Shown one piece after another: positions 1 to 13,846 of a stretch of 64,000 nt of DNA. Source of the DNA: Takakia lepidozioides (lineage: Eukaryota; Plantae; Bryophyta). A program made the position numbers and the translations under genes. The stretch covers positions 4,898,001 to 4,962,000 of the forward strand of contig CM060734.1 in the NCBI GenBank assembly GCA_030704615.1, read 5' to 3'. How positions within the stretch are numbered: position 1 is the stretch's first letter; each line of letters starts with the position of its first letter. The notes beneath the pieces are model-generated. The model made no database searches, was not told the DNA's origin, and saw only the letters and a program-made list of their open reading frames with translations.

Positions 1-1005
1 GAGGCATATTCGGGGCCATGAATATGACGCTCAGGTTCAAGGCACGGAACGATATTCAGTGCCCGCTTTTCATGGGATATATGGTTCAGTGCAAGGGTGT
101 GGACGTTTTCCCGCCCACCTTGAAACTGTATACCCTGATATTGCATTGGCGAGCTGGGTTCAGTGTAGGGTGGGGATGCTCTCAACGTCGTTATGTACTA
201 GGCTATTTGCTGATTTTTATTTTTATTTTTTAAAGAAAAGGGGACAGAGGCCTTTTAATCAAATTGATAAAGAAAAAATTACAAAAAGGTGGAAAAAATA
301 ACCACCAAAATATTCGATACATTGGAAGTATCTAGACAAAGAAAAATGAGGAAAGACCCACCAAATAGTATTTTGAAGTGTCTGATAAAACAAAAGAAAG
401 ATGAGAATCTTTCAAAAGAAGAAACTAATATATATTAGCCTTTAGAAAAGAGAATAAGATCTCCAAAATACAGTGTTGGATGAAATACCATTGAAATGGC
501 GCCAACACCTGAAAAATGGCCCGGGACGACTCAACCGTTGCTGAATCAACCAAAACAGACCTCAATGCTTTCGGATAGGAGCTTCACCGTCCCTTTTGGT
601 GTGGATGGCTTCCTTGAAAGACTAAAAATGCAGACTTATCGCAACTGAGTTGCCCTGCGCCCAAGGCTTAACCTCCGGACTCTGATAAACTGTATTTAGG
701 AAATGGAGAGACAAAAAACATGAAAAAAGAAATAAATGGGGTTGAATTATCGCAACCTGCTTGCCCTGCATCCCAAAGCTCATCCTTGGAACTCCAATAA
801 AACAACGAAAAAATACTGGGGTAATACCACTGAGATCCGCAACTTTATTGCCCCACACTCCAAAGTTGGTCTTTGGAGCTCCGATAAAACAGGGTGAATT
901 TGGTGTGGGAGAAGACCCCCCCTACAGGGAACTTCTCCGGGTTGGAGAATTGCATGAGCCACGCCTCACACATGGTAATGCTTACACCTGATACCATCTA
1001 CCCGA

Positions 1006-1736
1006 TTGGGGAAAAATCTCCCCGATTTGGCGGTAAGGACCGAGGATGCATTTTACGACCACAAACGGATGGTTCGCACGGACTTGCATTATGCGGGGGC
1101 CTTGCTGAATCCATTCTTGCTAGACAATACGGATTTGAGAGACGATGTGGATGCCAAAGCCGGGCTTGTATGGATCATCATGCAACTCGTGCCCTTGAAC
1201 ATGGCAGAGCGAGCTTTGTCCGAGTACCAGTGCTTCTCGGATCGCCAGAATCCTTTCCATGACATGCTGGATCCAAAAGCAATGAACATGTTGTCACATG
1301 AATGGTGGGATCTGATTGGAGCTGGAGCAAGAACGTTAGTTCCCATTGCAAAGCGTATTCTTGCTCAAGTGTGCTCTGCTTCGTCCTGTAGACGGAACTG
1401 AAGCAGTTACTCGTTTGTTCACAACAAGATTCGCAACAGGTTGAATCCTGCCAAGGCTGACAAATTGGTTTATGTCTACACGAATTGTAGGCTACTGCGA
1501 GAGATACAGCAAGTGACGCATCTGCATGGTACGAGAAGAATCTGTTGTCTGAAAAATCTGCCTCAGAGGTCCAATCTAGCAGCAATGATGACACCGACGC
1601 CGCGAGGGACTCCGACTCCGACGGTTGGGATGGGTCCGATGATGTGGACAATCCTCCATATGACCCATATGAATTTAATGACGATGATGCTGCAATGCAT
1701 CCATCCTTCGATGACCTTGTTGTTGATGAACTGTGA
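1006..1736 (+). pseudogene. hAT-superfamily transposase, C-terminal part including the hAT dimerisation domain (disrupted)
   Basis: Translation ...LHYAGALLNPF...HEWWDLIGAGARTLVPIAKRILAQVCSASSCRRN*SSYSFVHNKIRNRLNPAKADKLVYVYTNCRLL matches the plant hAT C-terminal motif (WW..G...L..+A.RIL....S.S.CER.WS...H.K.RNRL). There is an in-frame stop where Trp is expected, followed by an acidic tail. Confidence 0.85.
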
Positions 1737-3019
1737 CATGGTATCATCCCAATTGCGGACCCCCTTCCCCCAGTGGAAATTGGTGAAATACTATGCATCG
1801 AAGTCACACTCTCAACAATGAAGTTGAGGTGAACTCTCCCCCACCACGAGTTCCACGAATTGCGGGAGATGTGCAGGTCAAATCGTCGGATGATGACAAC
1901 CGGCCGTTGTCATTCCTTCACCGACATCGTGCCCCTGTGAACCGTGCTTCATCTCATGCCGCTCCAACTCATGTTTCTCTTTCTCAAGTCGGTCCATCCC
2001 ATGCTGGTCCATCTAGTCTCTCTCCCTCTCATGTAATTCCTTCCATCGCTATTCCGATCCTGGGAGATGCTTCTTCTGCTGCGGGACTTCTGCAAGTCGA
2101 ACCATCGGATGACGACGACCGGCCATTGTCGTTTCATCTGACCCGATGATGTCCGCATGTGAACCGTGCTCCCTCAACCCTCGCTGGTCCATCTCATGCC
2201 CCTTCCTCTCATGTCGGCCCCTCTGATGTATGTGCGAGTAGCCTTCCTCATACGAGACCTGCTCCAAGGCCACCACGAAATCTGGGACAAACCTAGAAAC
2301 GGTAGAGAATTGTGCAACCTTTTGTTGGTGACCGACCTGTGAACAGGCCTGATACCCTAGATGGTATTTCATGATAGGAGTGGAAATCGACTAGAGAGAC
2401 AACTGAACGTACTCCGAGGACGACTACAGGTCCAACGGCCAGTTGCCTCTAGAAACGAAAGAACAGATGGAGATCATGATTCTAGCACTGATCATGGGAA
2501 CGGGGGTGAAGTGAGTGGGGACGAAGATTTTGTACTAGGCGTGAGATCATACCATCGTCGTCGTGCCAGACAGAACTAGGTACAGCTATAACTTCTGTCA
2601 CATGATGTGTAGTATGTTTCCATGGATATCCATATTTCAGTTTGGGTACATGCATACGTGTACGGAAATAAAAATGGTGGAATATGTGTATCCAAGAAAG
2701 GGTTTGGTGGTTTTGCGTGTGTTTGTGTTTCGTCATTACCTTTACATTGTTGATTTCCTATTATGGTTTCGAAAGCCACAAAGGCCAGGTGCAGCTCCCA
2801 ACATTCATCTTCCCCTTCACAAAATCCATGGGGAGTCGATACATGTGCTTTTCATCTGCCTCTCCAAACATACATACAGGTGCAAGGGGACCAACCTCCA
2901 GGTGGTCACACCTATTTTTTTTTTAAACAATTGTGCGACCACCAGTAGCGGTCGTCGCAACTGTTAAAATAAAAATAAAATGTTGCGACCACCCCCCTGC
3001 TGGTAGTCGCACCTATTTA

Positions 3020-3280
3020 CTGATTTAATAGGTAGTAAGTTAGTACGTAGTAAGGGGCCCTTATATAGCCTCTCAGGGCGGTGGGACCTTTCTAAAAGTC
3101 CGCCGACCGACTCCCTATTCTAAATTTAGCCAATTCCTCCATTCTTTTTTTGGATCCCCTCATCTCATTCCTTAATACACGTGGCCTTCCTTCATAGGCG
3201 CCCCACTCTAATTCCTGGGCCACAGTAATTCCTGGACCACTCTAGAATCAGGGCCCGTATGAAACTGCTCTACATATTAT
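3020..3280. mobile_element. 261-bp unclassified insertion with 13-bp target-site duplication (retroposon-like)
   Basis: TCGCACCTATTTA at 3007-3019 and 3281-3293 flanks sequence unrelated to the array; the insert ends in TATTAT. Confidence 0.55.
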
Positions 3281-3426
3281 TCGCACCTATTTAACGAAAA
3301 GAAAAATGGTCCGACCCACCCCCTGCTGGTGGTCGCAGCTATTTAAAAATAGAAAATTCTGCGACCACCCCCTTGCTGGTGGTCGCCCCTAAAAAAAAAT
3401 GGTGCGACCACCCCCAGTGGTCGCAG

Positions 3427-3658
3427 ATTTTTTTTTTTTTTTTTGTTTTTTTTTTGGGGGAAACACCTGGGAGCGATTGCTCACAAATCAGGCCCCTTAG
3501 TAGTGAGAGGAGAAAATAACCTCTTTCATTTATGTGCCAAGAGGCGTAGGAATGGGGCACCACACACGAATCATACCACACCCATCAAGTAGCAAGATTT
3601 GACCCCAGAATCGTCCGGGTCGCACTCAGTGCACTTAACCAACTGAGCTACTGATTGT
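3427..3658 (-). mobile_element. tRNA-derived SINE
   Basis: The minus strand reads GTAGCTCAGTTGGTTAAG (Pol III A box) ... GGGTCAAATC (B-box-like), then a non-tRNA body and a long poly(A) tail (T-run 3427-3455). Confidence 0.75.
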
Positions 3659-5769
3659 TGGTAGATATTAAAAAAATGGAAAACCACCCCCCTACGACCA
3701 CCCCCCTACTGGTGGTCGCATCTATTAAAGAAAAGGAAAATAGTGCGACCACCAGCAGGTGGTGGTCACACCTATTTGTTTTAAACAAAATTTCTGCGAC
3801 CACCCCCTGCTGGTGGTCGTGCCTATTAAAAAAAAAAAAATTATGCGACCACCTCCCTGCTGGTGGTCGCACCTATTAAAAATAAAAAAATCTGCGACCA
3901 CCCCCCTGCTGGTGGTCGCACCCATTAAAAAAAATAAAAAAATCTGCGACCACCCCCCTGCTGGTGGTCGCTCCTATTAAATAAAATAAAAATTTTGCGA
4001 CCACCCCCCTCTGGTGACACATAATAAAAAAAAAGAAAAAAAGGTGCGACCACCCCTGCTGGCGGTCGCAGCTATTACTAGCGTGCGCAGTCATGATGAC
4101 AGCGCGCGCCCTGAGTGTGGAGGGGGGGCTTATAAGGCCTTGGAGGCCATTCTCTCCCTCACTTTTCTCCACACCAGGACTTGGTGGGCGATGGGATGTT
4201 GCATTCCTTGTCATTGAGTCCAAGTGGAGAGGGGTGCTATTGGTTGGGTGGGGGGTATTTTGGGCCGTTGGATTCTACGAAATCGATGCTGAGTACCTCC
4301 TGGGAAGCCCTCCTCTGGCACCCACGTTTTTTTCATTGCACATTGCGTCATATCACTTAGAACTGCCGAGAAAGTGAGACGTGTCTCTAGTACTTGGGGA
4401 GGATTCATTAGGGAGTAGGATTAGGTACGATTTAGGAGGGTTGGGAGAGCATTTTTCTTAGCAAACACCTGTCAAATAGAGGTAAGTCAGAGCCATAAAT
4501 GGCGGAGGAGGAAGACAGAGGAGGTCATCCCAGGGATGACGATAATGAACCTAGACCTCCAAAAAACCCAAAAGGGGCCAGGCGTGAACTTCGTTGGGAC
4601 ATATACAATGATCCCAACATTCTTGCGGAACCAGGTTGGGAAGTTTGGAAGTTGGGGCAGCGGTGGTCGCTTGGTGACTACAGGAAATTTGTGGACTAGT
4701 GTCGCATAAATCGTTTGTGGCCCAGAGATAGGCATGATCCACAAACCAAACAAAATCAAGCTAGCTTGCATTTTTGCAACCCCGTCAAACCCCCACACTT
4801 AGGTTTTGCCCACCCCTCATTTGAGGCATGAGCTCTGCCACCATAGCTCCTGCGCTCTGTCCTGCCCACCCTGCCTTGGTTACAGCACGGTCTACCGGAG
4901 CTACCAGCGCCATCCGTATCAGGTTGGGGGCAGGCTTGGAAAGGCCCAAACCTGCACGGCGATCATTTCCCCTATTGCGCATAGAAGGGGTTTGGGAAAA
5001 TGTGCCACCCCCAACTTTATGGGGCTCATTTTAACCTCACCATAGTTGCCACGTCTGCAACTTGGGCAGGTTAGGGGGGGGAATCCCCTCCCAAAAGCTG
5101 CGTGTGCCCCACTCAATGGGGTCCACATGCCAACCCCTTCACGCATTGGCCAATGCCAATTGAAGGGTGGGCCCATTATCTTCCAAATGAGCCCAAAATT
5201 GGGCTAATCAGGCTTAACCAGAGGGAGTAATGGCCAACTCAGCAAACCTGACCAACCCAAATTGGGTCGATATACCACTTAAGGGTTAACTGAGAGGAAA
5301 GGTTTGCAATTCCTTGGTTGCAGCTATTTCCAGACATGCATAAAGATGAAGGGAGAAGCTTGTTGCGGACTTTGATGTCTCATGTGGCAAGATGGCCTCT
5401 ACTTGCCTCACACGTCATCTGGAATGATTCTCCTTGATGGTGAAGATCTGGAGGTTAATTGATGCCACCTGAAGATTGTAACTCCAAGATCGATTTCGAG
5501 GGAGACTGTTTAGGCTAGGCTCTTTCTGCTTGGGCTGGCTGATGCCCCTCGTTGTTTGCTCTCTTTGACTTTGAGACTTGGTTTCAGAGTCGTATCCCCT
5601 GCATAGATCTTTATGGCCCTTATTCAAGGTTTTTTTTCCCATCTTCTCATTGTAATTTGATTTCATTGGCGTCACCGTCGAGCCAGAGATCACAAGCTGA
5701 AGACCCGGCTCAAGCTCTAGCCTGCTAGTACTCCATACATCAACTCAACCCATCAGGCACTGTCCCCAC

Positions 5770-6400
5770 CACATTTAAAAATATGAGTGTTTCTTAGATT
5801 CAATTTGAGACCAAACCATACTGGGACTCGAAACAACCTTTGCATCACATCGGGGCAGGTTGTGTACAACCCCATGGATGAAGCTACTTAATAGCTCATG
5901 TCCGCCGAGAGGTAATCTTAGCTTTTGAACTGTTTGAGTCTATCCAGCCGCCGTAGTGGGTCCACTAAAGGAAACAACTACCACACCGCACTCAACTGGC
6001 ATAGCCCCTCGTCTCATTCATTGCGCCCAATGTTTCTGACAAAATGCTGGGAAAATGGCCATTTCTTGGGGCATCAACCGAAGTCCAAGACACAGGCAGA
6101 AGTCAGCATCAGTTTTCATGCCCTCTTGACTCATGAAGGTTCCAGCCTCAAGTTGGGAAAGGGGGCAGTTCCAAAAACCTCTCTCAATTGCCAATTCCTA
6201 CCATAGAAAGCCCAAATGCCACAAGGGAAACAATTGGGCAAGCTAATTCAGCACGTGGACCAGAAAGGAAAAATTGCAATATGGCCTAGGTGGATTAGAA
6301 CCACTCCCATCTGTTGGAAGCTTACCCTATAGTAGTTGTCAAACTCTTCATGAAGAAGACTACAGGTTTGATGCCGTCATGCACAAAAGAGACATCAATC
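5770..6400 (-). pseudogene. Highly decayed Ty3/gypsy reverse transcriptase fragments
   Basis: Short minus-strand peptides GLKLNLRN and VHDGIKP, plus a G....HFVRN-like stretch near 6030-6075, resemble RT C-terminal motifs. No continuous ORF. Confidence 0.35.
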
Positions 6401-6683
6401 TTGAAAAGGAGCAGGATGACATCTTCTATACATTTGGCTCTAGATGGAATCCCTACAACAATTTCATCCATAATGTTCCGTGACAGACATTCCATCCTAC
6501 CTCACCTGGCTTAGGCCCCACATGGTGTCGAGCTTTCTGCCGAACAGAGCATCAAGGCAACTCAATAAGAAAATCGACGTGATGGACGCAAATCTGAATA
6601 TAGCTGTTCGATCTCATCACTGCTGCCATAGCTCTGTACACGCTGTAACGATTTACATGTCCTGCCAGCTCGAGCTTCTCACC

Positions 6684-9600
6684 TCATTCTAGACCCTCTG
6701 TGATAGTCAAAACCTCCTCACCCTCACCAACGATGGCATTTGTTCCGTCTTCATCAGCCTCATCATCCATTGCCACAGTCTGCCCCTCATCATCTTCTTC
6801 CCCGCTCTCTTGCCGTACTGCAACCCCTCTTAGGCCATGCCCTTTGAAGGAATCGTCACCTTCTTCCCTCCCATTCTCAGCCTCAGCCTGTATGTTTGAA
6901 ACATCATTGGTTCGTGCACGGGGACCCGACTGCCATCTCTCAATCTCCAATTCCATGTTAGCTAGGTGCTCCTCTGCAAGTTTCTTTTGATACTCATTGA
7001 ATTCCTCACGACACTTGATTTTCCACTCTTCCAATTCCTGCACAAATGGCCAGTCACTATGTCACATGCTATATATTTGATTCTCCATTACCACAAAACT
7101 TGAACTCCATGCGATGGTCATCTTAGCAAACACTGTACTTCCCCTCATCCTGCACTTGCCACTCATCCATGCATGATATCTGTGGACATTGTTCAGCGAA
7201 GGAAAGAGAGTTATTCATCGACTGTTACATATGATGCAGACTATGATTTCCCCCCGAAATACTTAGTCCCCATGAAACACCAACCCTCGAGTCGAGTCAC
7301 AGACTCTCTGCTAGACTGCACGTCTAAAAATAACAAAACACTTGCAGCTGGCCATCAACAAATCAACATACAGGGGATTTCCAGACATGTGGCTGCAATG
7401 ACACCATAACAGAGGGCCTGGTGTTCATTCCAGCCACCACTACAGTAGCCCTCTACCTAACACAGAGGGCTAACACAGATATGCATAACTTAGAGAAGGG
7501 AAAGGGTCAGGGGGCAAGCGCTGATTTTCCGTTCCTAAATGCTGTGAATCACCAAAGCAGAATGGGTGACAATGCGACAACTTGCAATATAAATATTTTG
7601 TTGGATACACACCTTTTGGGAATCCTGTAGCAGCTTGTCAGTCTCTTCAGAAGGTTTGGCGGGCATGAAATAGATTGCAGGCTCTGCATTTGTCCTGTGC
7701 CCACCAGTGTCCCATTAACAAAGAACTGTTAAGTCCTTTACACAATCTGGCACCGGAATCCCACACTTCGCACAAAACAAGATCCAAAAGGAAAGTTGAC
7801 AAAACAGAATAATCCAGAGAGTTTGACAGAAGATGCTATTATTCTGGACTTCAAATACTGTGTTGACCACATTACCCCTAACAGTCATCATCATCCATGT
7901 AACTAACAATGAAACTCCATACAGATATTAGAAGGAACCCAAACAGATGGTGCACCAACTCCAACTAAAACCAAAACCAGCACAATGTAGAGATTGCACT
8001 TAACTATCAATCACAAAGTTTCAGAACATTCACCATGTATGGCAGCCACAAGCTGCCACCACTTCCCACCTACTCACCAGCTCCCAACAGCACCCATAAC
8101 AGTGGCAGATTTATGCAATGGCACAAATTTTCTCTAAATTAACACCTCTTCATTCAGCAGTGGCCACCAGGAGGGAAATAACTGATCCCTGGTCCCAAAA
8201 ATCTCACTAAAGTTGCTTTAACCACTGACTAGATTTTTGTATGTCACTTCCCTGCATTCATCCTGGTTGAGTGCAATCATCAGGGTTAAAAGAGTGCCCT
8301 GGGAACTCGTGGCTCCCTTTTCTTAGCTCAATCCTCTATGCTGAGTTCCCACATGGGACACTGATGACCAACAAACAACAACACCCATATCACAGATCAT
8401 GAGAGATGCCTAGAAACAGACCGCAAAGAAAAGCAGAGGTGCGAATGATGCTCAGTCCACTGTATGAAGAGAAGCTCCAGTTGCTTCTCATCTGCCTCGG
8501 CCGCCAACTTCGCTCGTAAGATCTGTCAACACAAATTCAACATCCCCATTCAAGACCTTGCATAGATCGAGAGAGCAACCTTCTATGTGTCTCATGGGCC
8601 CTGTAAAAAGGGTTTCCCCTTTCACATCTTACAATGTGGAGAAACACTCCGGATGAATCAGGTTGAAGATCAAAAGTTGACAATCATTAAAATTGCAGAC
8701 CGGAACCAGTTGGTTTAAGTAATGATTTCCCAGCCTTCTGTGTGGATACTGGTGCATCAAAAACAGCTTCGTTTTTTCAGGTTATTCTGCATTCAAAGGC
8801 CATGGTACCTACAAGGACCTTCAGAGGAATACAGATGTTGTCATTGACCATTCGCAGAGAAATGGACATAAGAGGAGAAAGAGATACATCATCCCCAGGA
8901 GAAGGCCAGAGGGTTCAAGGGACACGGGTAAAACCAAAAGAGCATGTTAAAAGGGGTCCCCTCTGGACTTTATCAAGTTTTCTCTTGCTTTCTCTCCGTA
9001 CTTTGTCCTCTAGTCCCTTATGCCCCTCTTGGACTGTGAATATTAGAGGAAAGAAAATAGTAGGCCAGATAAGTTCTAACTCAAGTGGGTCGAATGCTTT
9101 CCTTGTCCAATTCAGGTCCTCTCCCCTCTACCTATGTCTCTCACCATGCCCTAATTTCTGTCTTTGTCTGAGTCTCTGAGTGTGGGCACATAGGGAAAAG
9201 TAGGACCACATAAAACCCATTTCATGACACCAAACCAAGAAAGAGAGGGAGACCAGATCGCTTCGACGTCGCTCAGCAAGCTGTTCACGTTCCTGCTGCC
9301 GCAAGCGCTCACTTTCCTCTTGCGCTCGCTGCTCAGCCTGTTTCATAACCAAAGCCAAATTCAGACCAATTCCTTAAACTTAGGATCCCAAATTTAGTGT
9401 ACTGACTTAACAGAAGAAAGAAAACATACATCCATGCAAGTGCAAAGTAAAACTACAAACATATATCTACATGAGAGCCTAGTAAAATTACAATAGCACA
9501 TTTTGACACAGAAAAGATTTCAGAGAACAGAAATGAACAAGTGAGTCCAGCCTTCTACTCTAAGAGCACTATATCCAATGTAGCTTTTACAAAACCGTAG

Positions 9601-12600
9601 TTCAATTGCTAAGACATAACTGAAGGTATTGTTATTGATTCAAGTTTGGAACACTTCTGCATTGTCATGGTGATCAACCACAATGCATTAGGAGCTACTT
9701 GAGAAACACACAATCTTTGAGACCAAACTTTCCAACAACAAAGCTTTGAAGGGATACTTCCCCTCCTATGCATAGGCACAAGCACCTGACTTGAAACTTT
9801 CATCTCTTATGCTTGTCACAGACATCATTCAATTGGCCTCCAGTATAGGGGAGCATGCATTTTCAGCTACTTAGCCGAAAAAATCACACAACTAAGGAGC
9901 ACATTGAAACCGTTGTTCTATTTGTTTCACTTGAAACCTTAGACATGTTAATATAAGACCACATTGTCAATGGAGAGCCATACTGAGTGAAACACTAATA
10001 CTTTCAAATTTAGTGGATGTGTCACTCATGACTCATGCATGTAACAGGAATATAGCTTGCAGGGTCGTTCAGAGTCATAGATTGGACTAAATTGGACATA
10101 AGTCCAGCATAGTTAGGTAAGAACTTGAGAGAGGGCAGCGTCCGGTGTGAACACCTAAGATGTAAGGACTCGATCTTCAGCACCAATAATTGGGAGGAGA
10201 AAAAGAGAAAACCACTATAGTGGCTGCTTGGCAAATGGCAAGACATCGACAACTGCAAACTCACCCGTTTCAAAGAATCAGATCGGCGCATGAATGCTTC
10301 AGATCCTGACAGTTTCTTGTCCTCTTGCCTAAATTTCTGCCCGACCCAACAAACATCACATCAACACAGAGCCGAAACACTCTGTACATCTCTTAGAATT
10401 CTTCATGGCTACTGCCGAGCCTTTCTTTACCCTAGGAGGCAAATGTGCAAATGGAATGTCATCCTCTCTGAGAAAGCCCAGCAAGTTTGCAACTGGGACA
10501 TTATCTTGCAGGATCAACTGTTGCAAGGCTACAACACAGACGTAATGGCAGCAGCATTCCATTTAAGGATGCAATCCATGTCACCCTCTCTCCCCTACCA
10601 TTCAGTGGATAGTACAGGTCGAGATGAGAGTAACCATCCTATCAGCCTGAGCTGTCATTAAATGTAAGAAATGGATGGATATTTCCACTTTTGAGACTCA
10701 AAAACACAAATAAATTAGAACCATTGCACACTCCAAGAGACCTTTATCCTCAGAAAGAGAGAAAAAAAGATGCACAAAATAGACTGGTCTTTCACCACAA
10801 ATGAAAACTTCTAGCCCACAATTGCATACTAAACTCTACACACAGTCCTCCCTGCACAGTGAAAGAAGCACTACCTCAAGAGTCCCTAATAGAGCCCCAA
10901 ACATCCGCCGGTTTCGTTTGGCTATCTTGGGATCATCAATCTTTGGTAAGACTCTTGGCAGTGGTTCAGTAGGTTGTGCCTCTTGCTCCTGGAAGTCCCA
11001 TGATGTCGCCATCCAAACAGAGATCAGAAATCACTTTTATCTTGTGATTATGCAATAAGAACTATATTCTATTTCCATATGAGGGAACTCCACATCTAGA
11101 ATCTATTTGGGGTGATTATAATCTTAAGGAGCTCTGAGGCAGGTGCTCTACTGCCCTGTTTGTATTAAACAATCACCCATTAGCCAAAGATGGCAAGCAG
11201 CTACAGCACTGGCCATGCTGAAAATGGTCATCCAGCTTTCTTCATCTTCATTGTCATACAAGCAGATGAGATGCAAGCCTGTACTTTGCTTCGTCCAAAA
11301 GTTTGCTTTGTCCAGAAGAAAGTTGCAGAAGTGACAAGACCTTAAGAAGATCTTGCCAGAATGTGGAGCACATACGCAAAGAATACCATCGGGAAAGCCA
11401 GGCTAGAACCAATGAAAGTAACAAGAAATTAACAAAAAGCACTAATCGCAGCAAAGCTGTATACATACATGTTCACTGGCTGGAACACCGACACGGACAA
11501 GGAAGCCTCTGTCTCTGGGACGGATTCCACGGGGACGTCCACCGATCAGACGAGGATGAGAATCATCAGTTTTGCGAGCACGTGGATCCGCTTGTGACTC
11601 TGGATAAGGTCGAGTCTCATCAGCATCAAATTTGCGTTGAAGGGTAGGCCTCCGATCTGCATCAGCCTCTTCATCAGCATCTGTGTCTTTCTGAGGCTGC
11701 TCCTCCTCAGGCCTATCTTTTTCCTTCTCAACTTCGATGCTTCCTTCCTCTTCCTCAACCTGTGTTATAGAAGAAAGGAAAGAAAGAACAGTTTTTAACA
11801 CACTTCCAAAAGGCCAATACCACATGATTAGATTGCACGGTTTTCATATTTCTATCCAAATCTCTTCCAAGACATAATTAGATTTAGTAAAGCCGAACTC
11901 TCCATCCCCCACACCCCTGCAGCATAAGCTGATAATAACTGACCTAGCGTTTCGAGACATATCGGACAACACTCATGTGCCAAAATCTCCAAAGAATTCA
12001 GAGTCAAATGCACATAACACACCTTCACAACAGCCGAGAGAAGCCTTTTCTTCATTGGTGGCTGGTATTCTGCATCAAATGCCTCTCCCTGCTTTCAACC
12101 AACCACCATCTGAGCGTGGCAAATTGCACATTACTACAGTACCATTAAGCCAAGATAGATACATCCCCCCCGCCCTTCCACCCACCCTCCTGTATCCATA
12201 TGCTAAATAAAGTGAGGCGGAGAACAGAAACCTTGGTAAGTGCTTTAATGAAACTCTATACATCCAATAGGTGATCCCTCCTGCTAGAAGTGCGACATAC
12301 GACTAGTTACATGTTAATGGTCAAAGTAGCACCCGTCAATATAGAAAATGAACAGTCATGAACCAACACAGCGAGGCCACTACAGTCAGAGTAACTGAAT
12401 ATGACAGTTTGTATGGTGAACTATTAGCATGCAGTAAAGTCACCTAAAGACGAGGGCTGAGCTGCTCACCAAGGACCAGAATATAAAGAAAGAACTTACC
12501 CGACGTGTAAATCCTCGCTGGGGGAGGTTCCGACCTAGCGAGCGAGCAGCATTCGGACCTATGTTGCGTGCATTTCCTCCAAGAGGACCTCCCTTGCGTA

Positions 12601-13846
12601 GCCCTCTTGGATCCCGCAACCGCTCTGTGATCTGCAAATCCATCCAACCATTCACTTATCTGCTTAATAGTCTGCAAAAGAAAATGTCTACTTTAGAGTA
12701 AACAACACTCAGATATTCAATACATTGGCTACAGGCATGAACACATAAAGGCTTCAAGGCGAAATTTAAATTCTCCAATGACATTATTAGTGTGGATGAG
12801 AGATATATGAACCAAGGATCTGGCTATGTACTGGCCATTGTGAGTTTCACATCCTCCCATAGCATTATTAGCATGGATGCAATAATACAGCTCAACTAAA
12901 TTTGGCCAAATTGCAAGAAGCTCTAGGATAAGAATGTAAACGGGCACAAGCGAAAGATGCCCCGAGAGGTAGTTTCCAGACATTCATTTGAAAGAAGAAG
13001 TACACCAGGAGGAGCCTCTTCATGTTGCATAAACTGGTACAACAGATCACTTCACAGGATCCCGAAGATTAATGGGTTGTAAAGGCACCTTGGTTGAGTA
13101 TAGCTCATTTCCATTGGGTGACACTTTGAAAAGGGAACTGCCACAGCTCTCTCATAGCCTACCACACCCTTGCACTTTAGTCTGGCTGATCTCAAACACT
13201 GAAACCAAAAGTACTTAATTCTCCAGAGCAGAATACTTGGTGGCAAATAATTTTCATCCAGTGCATACCCAACAGGGAGACCTTCAGAAGGTATGTTCTC
13301 TTTCAATAGTCTTTATGAAGAGAGTCAAGGATTTCCAATATGGTAAGCTTGTTAGTCCAAAGTTATTGTTACTTTAGTATATGACTACATTTCCAATGCA
13401 GACACTTGTGATCCCCATGCCAACTCTGTCACCAAATTGTTATTGGCCGTGTGCAAGCGCCATGGCAATTTTGAGCTGAGTTGTCATACCCCAAAAGGTT
13501 CAAACCCCCACACAATCCATTCTGGAAGCGTTAGAAATCCTTATGCCCTAAAAAGTAAGTCGTCGGCGGCGTCCAACGAGAAGTCGATGTGCCTATTTGA
13601 CCTATCAGCACTCACGGTTTTAAACTTCCAATTGAGGGAAAAAAACACCAAGCACGACGTGAGGAAGAGAATCAAAAGGTACTACTCCTCGGTTTGGAAA
13701 AAAATTGGTCACTGAAAGCCGATGATCCATCAAAAATAGGGTTTAGGGATCATGACGAACAAGAGTACCTCTCGTTGTTGGCGCTGGAGCTCGACGATCT
13801 CCCGCCGCAGCTCCTCTGCAGTCTTGCTCGATGGAAGCCCCGCCAT
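6684..13846 (-). CDS. PNN: Pinin (Pinin/SDK/memA domain splicing and EJC-associated protein), about 457 aa, 10 coding exons
   Basis: Exons with GT-AG borders and consistent phase: 13846-13769, 12631-12500, 12088-12023, 11759-11469, 10988-10875, 10336-10265, 9337-9254, 8522-8422, 7694-7613, 7037-6684. The protein MAGLPSSKTAEELRREIVELQRQQREITERLRDPRGLR...KRLLSAVVK...KRNRRMFGALLGTLEKFRQED...RRSDSLKRAEQRAQEESERLRQQERE...RTNAEPAIYFMPAK is recognisably plant pinin. Confidence 0.93.

Larger units (their letters stand above)
2890..4080. repeat. hAT subterminal repeat array and right terminus (palindromic unit TGCGACCACC-N7/8-GGTGGTCGCA separated by A/T-rich linkers)
   Basis: More than a dozen copies of the hairpin unit. 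The array ends in ...GGTCGCAGCTATTACTA at 4080, which reads TAGTAATAGC... on the minus strand, a hAT-type TAG terminus. The left end is outside the window, so the TSD cannot be checked. Confidence 0.7.

Noticed and set aside
3590-3658. Functional tRNA gene
   Set aside because: The acceptor and T stems do not pair convincingly, the B box is degenerate, and it continues into a body and poly(A) tail, so it is a SINE head.
2890-4080. CRISPR-like array of palindromic ~27-bp repeats
   Set aside because: The spacers are short, low-complexity A/T tracts rather than unique 30-40-bp sequences. The context is eukaryotic, there are no cas genes and the array ends at a hAT terminus.
4499-5300. Short ORF(s) after the hAT end (MAEEEDRGG...)
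   Set aside because: Stop-interrupted with no recognisable domain or element boundaries, so I cannot support a call.
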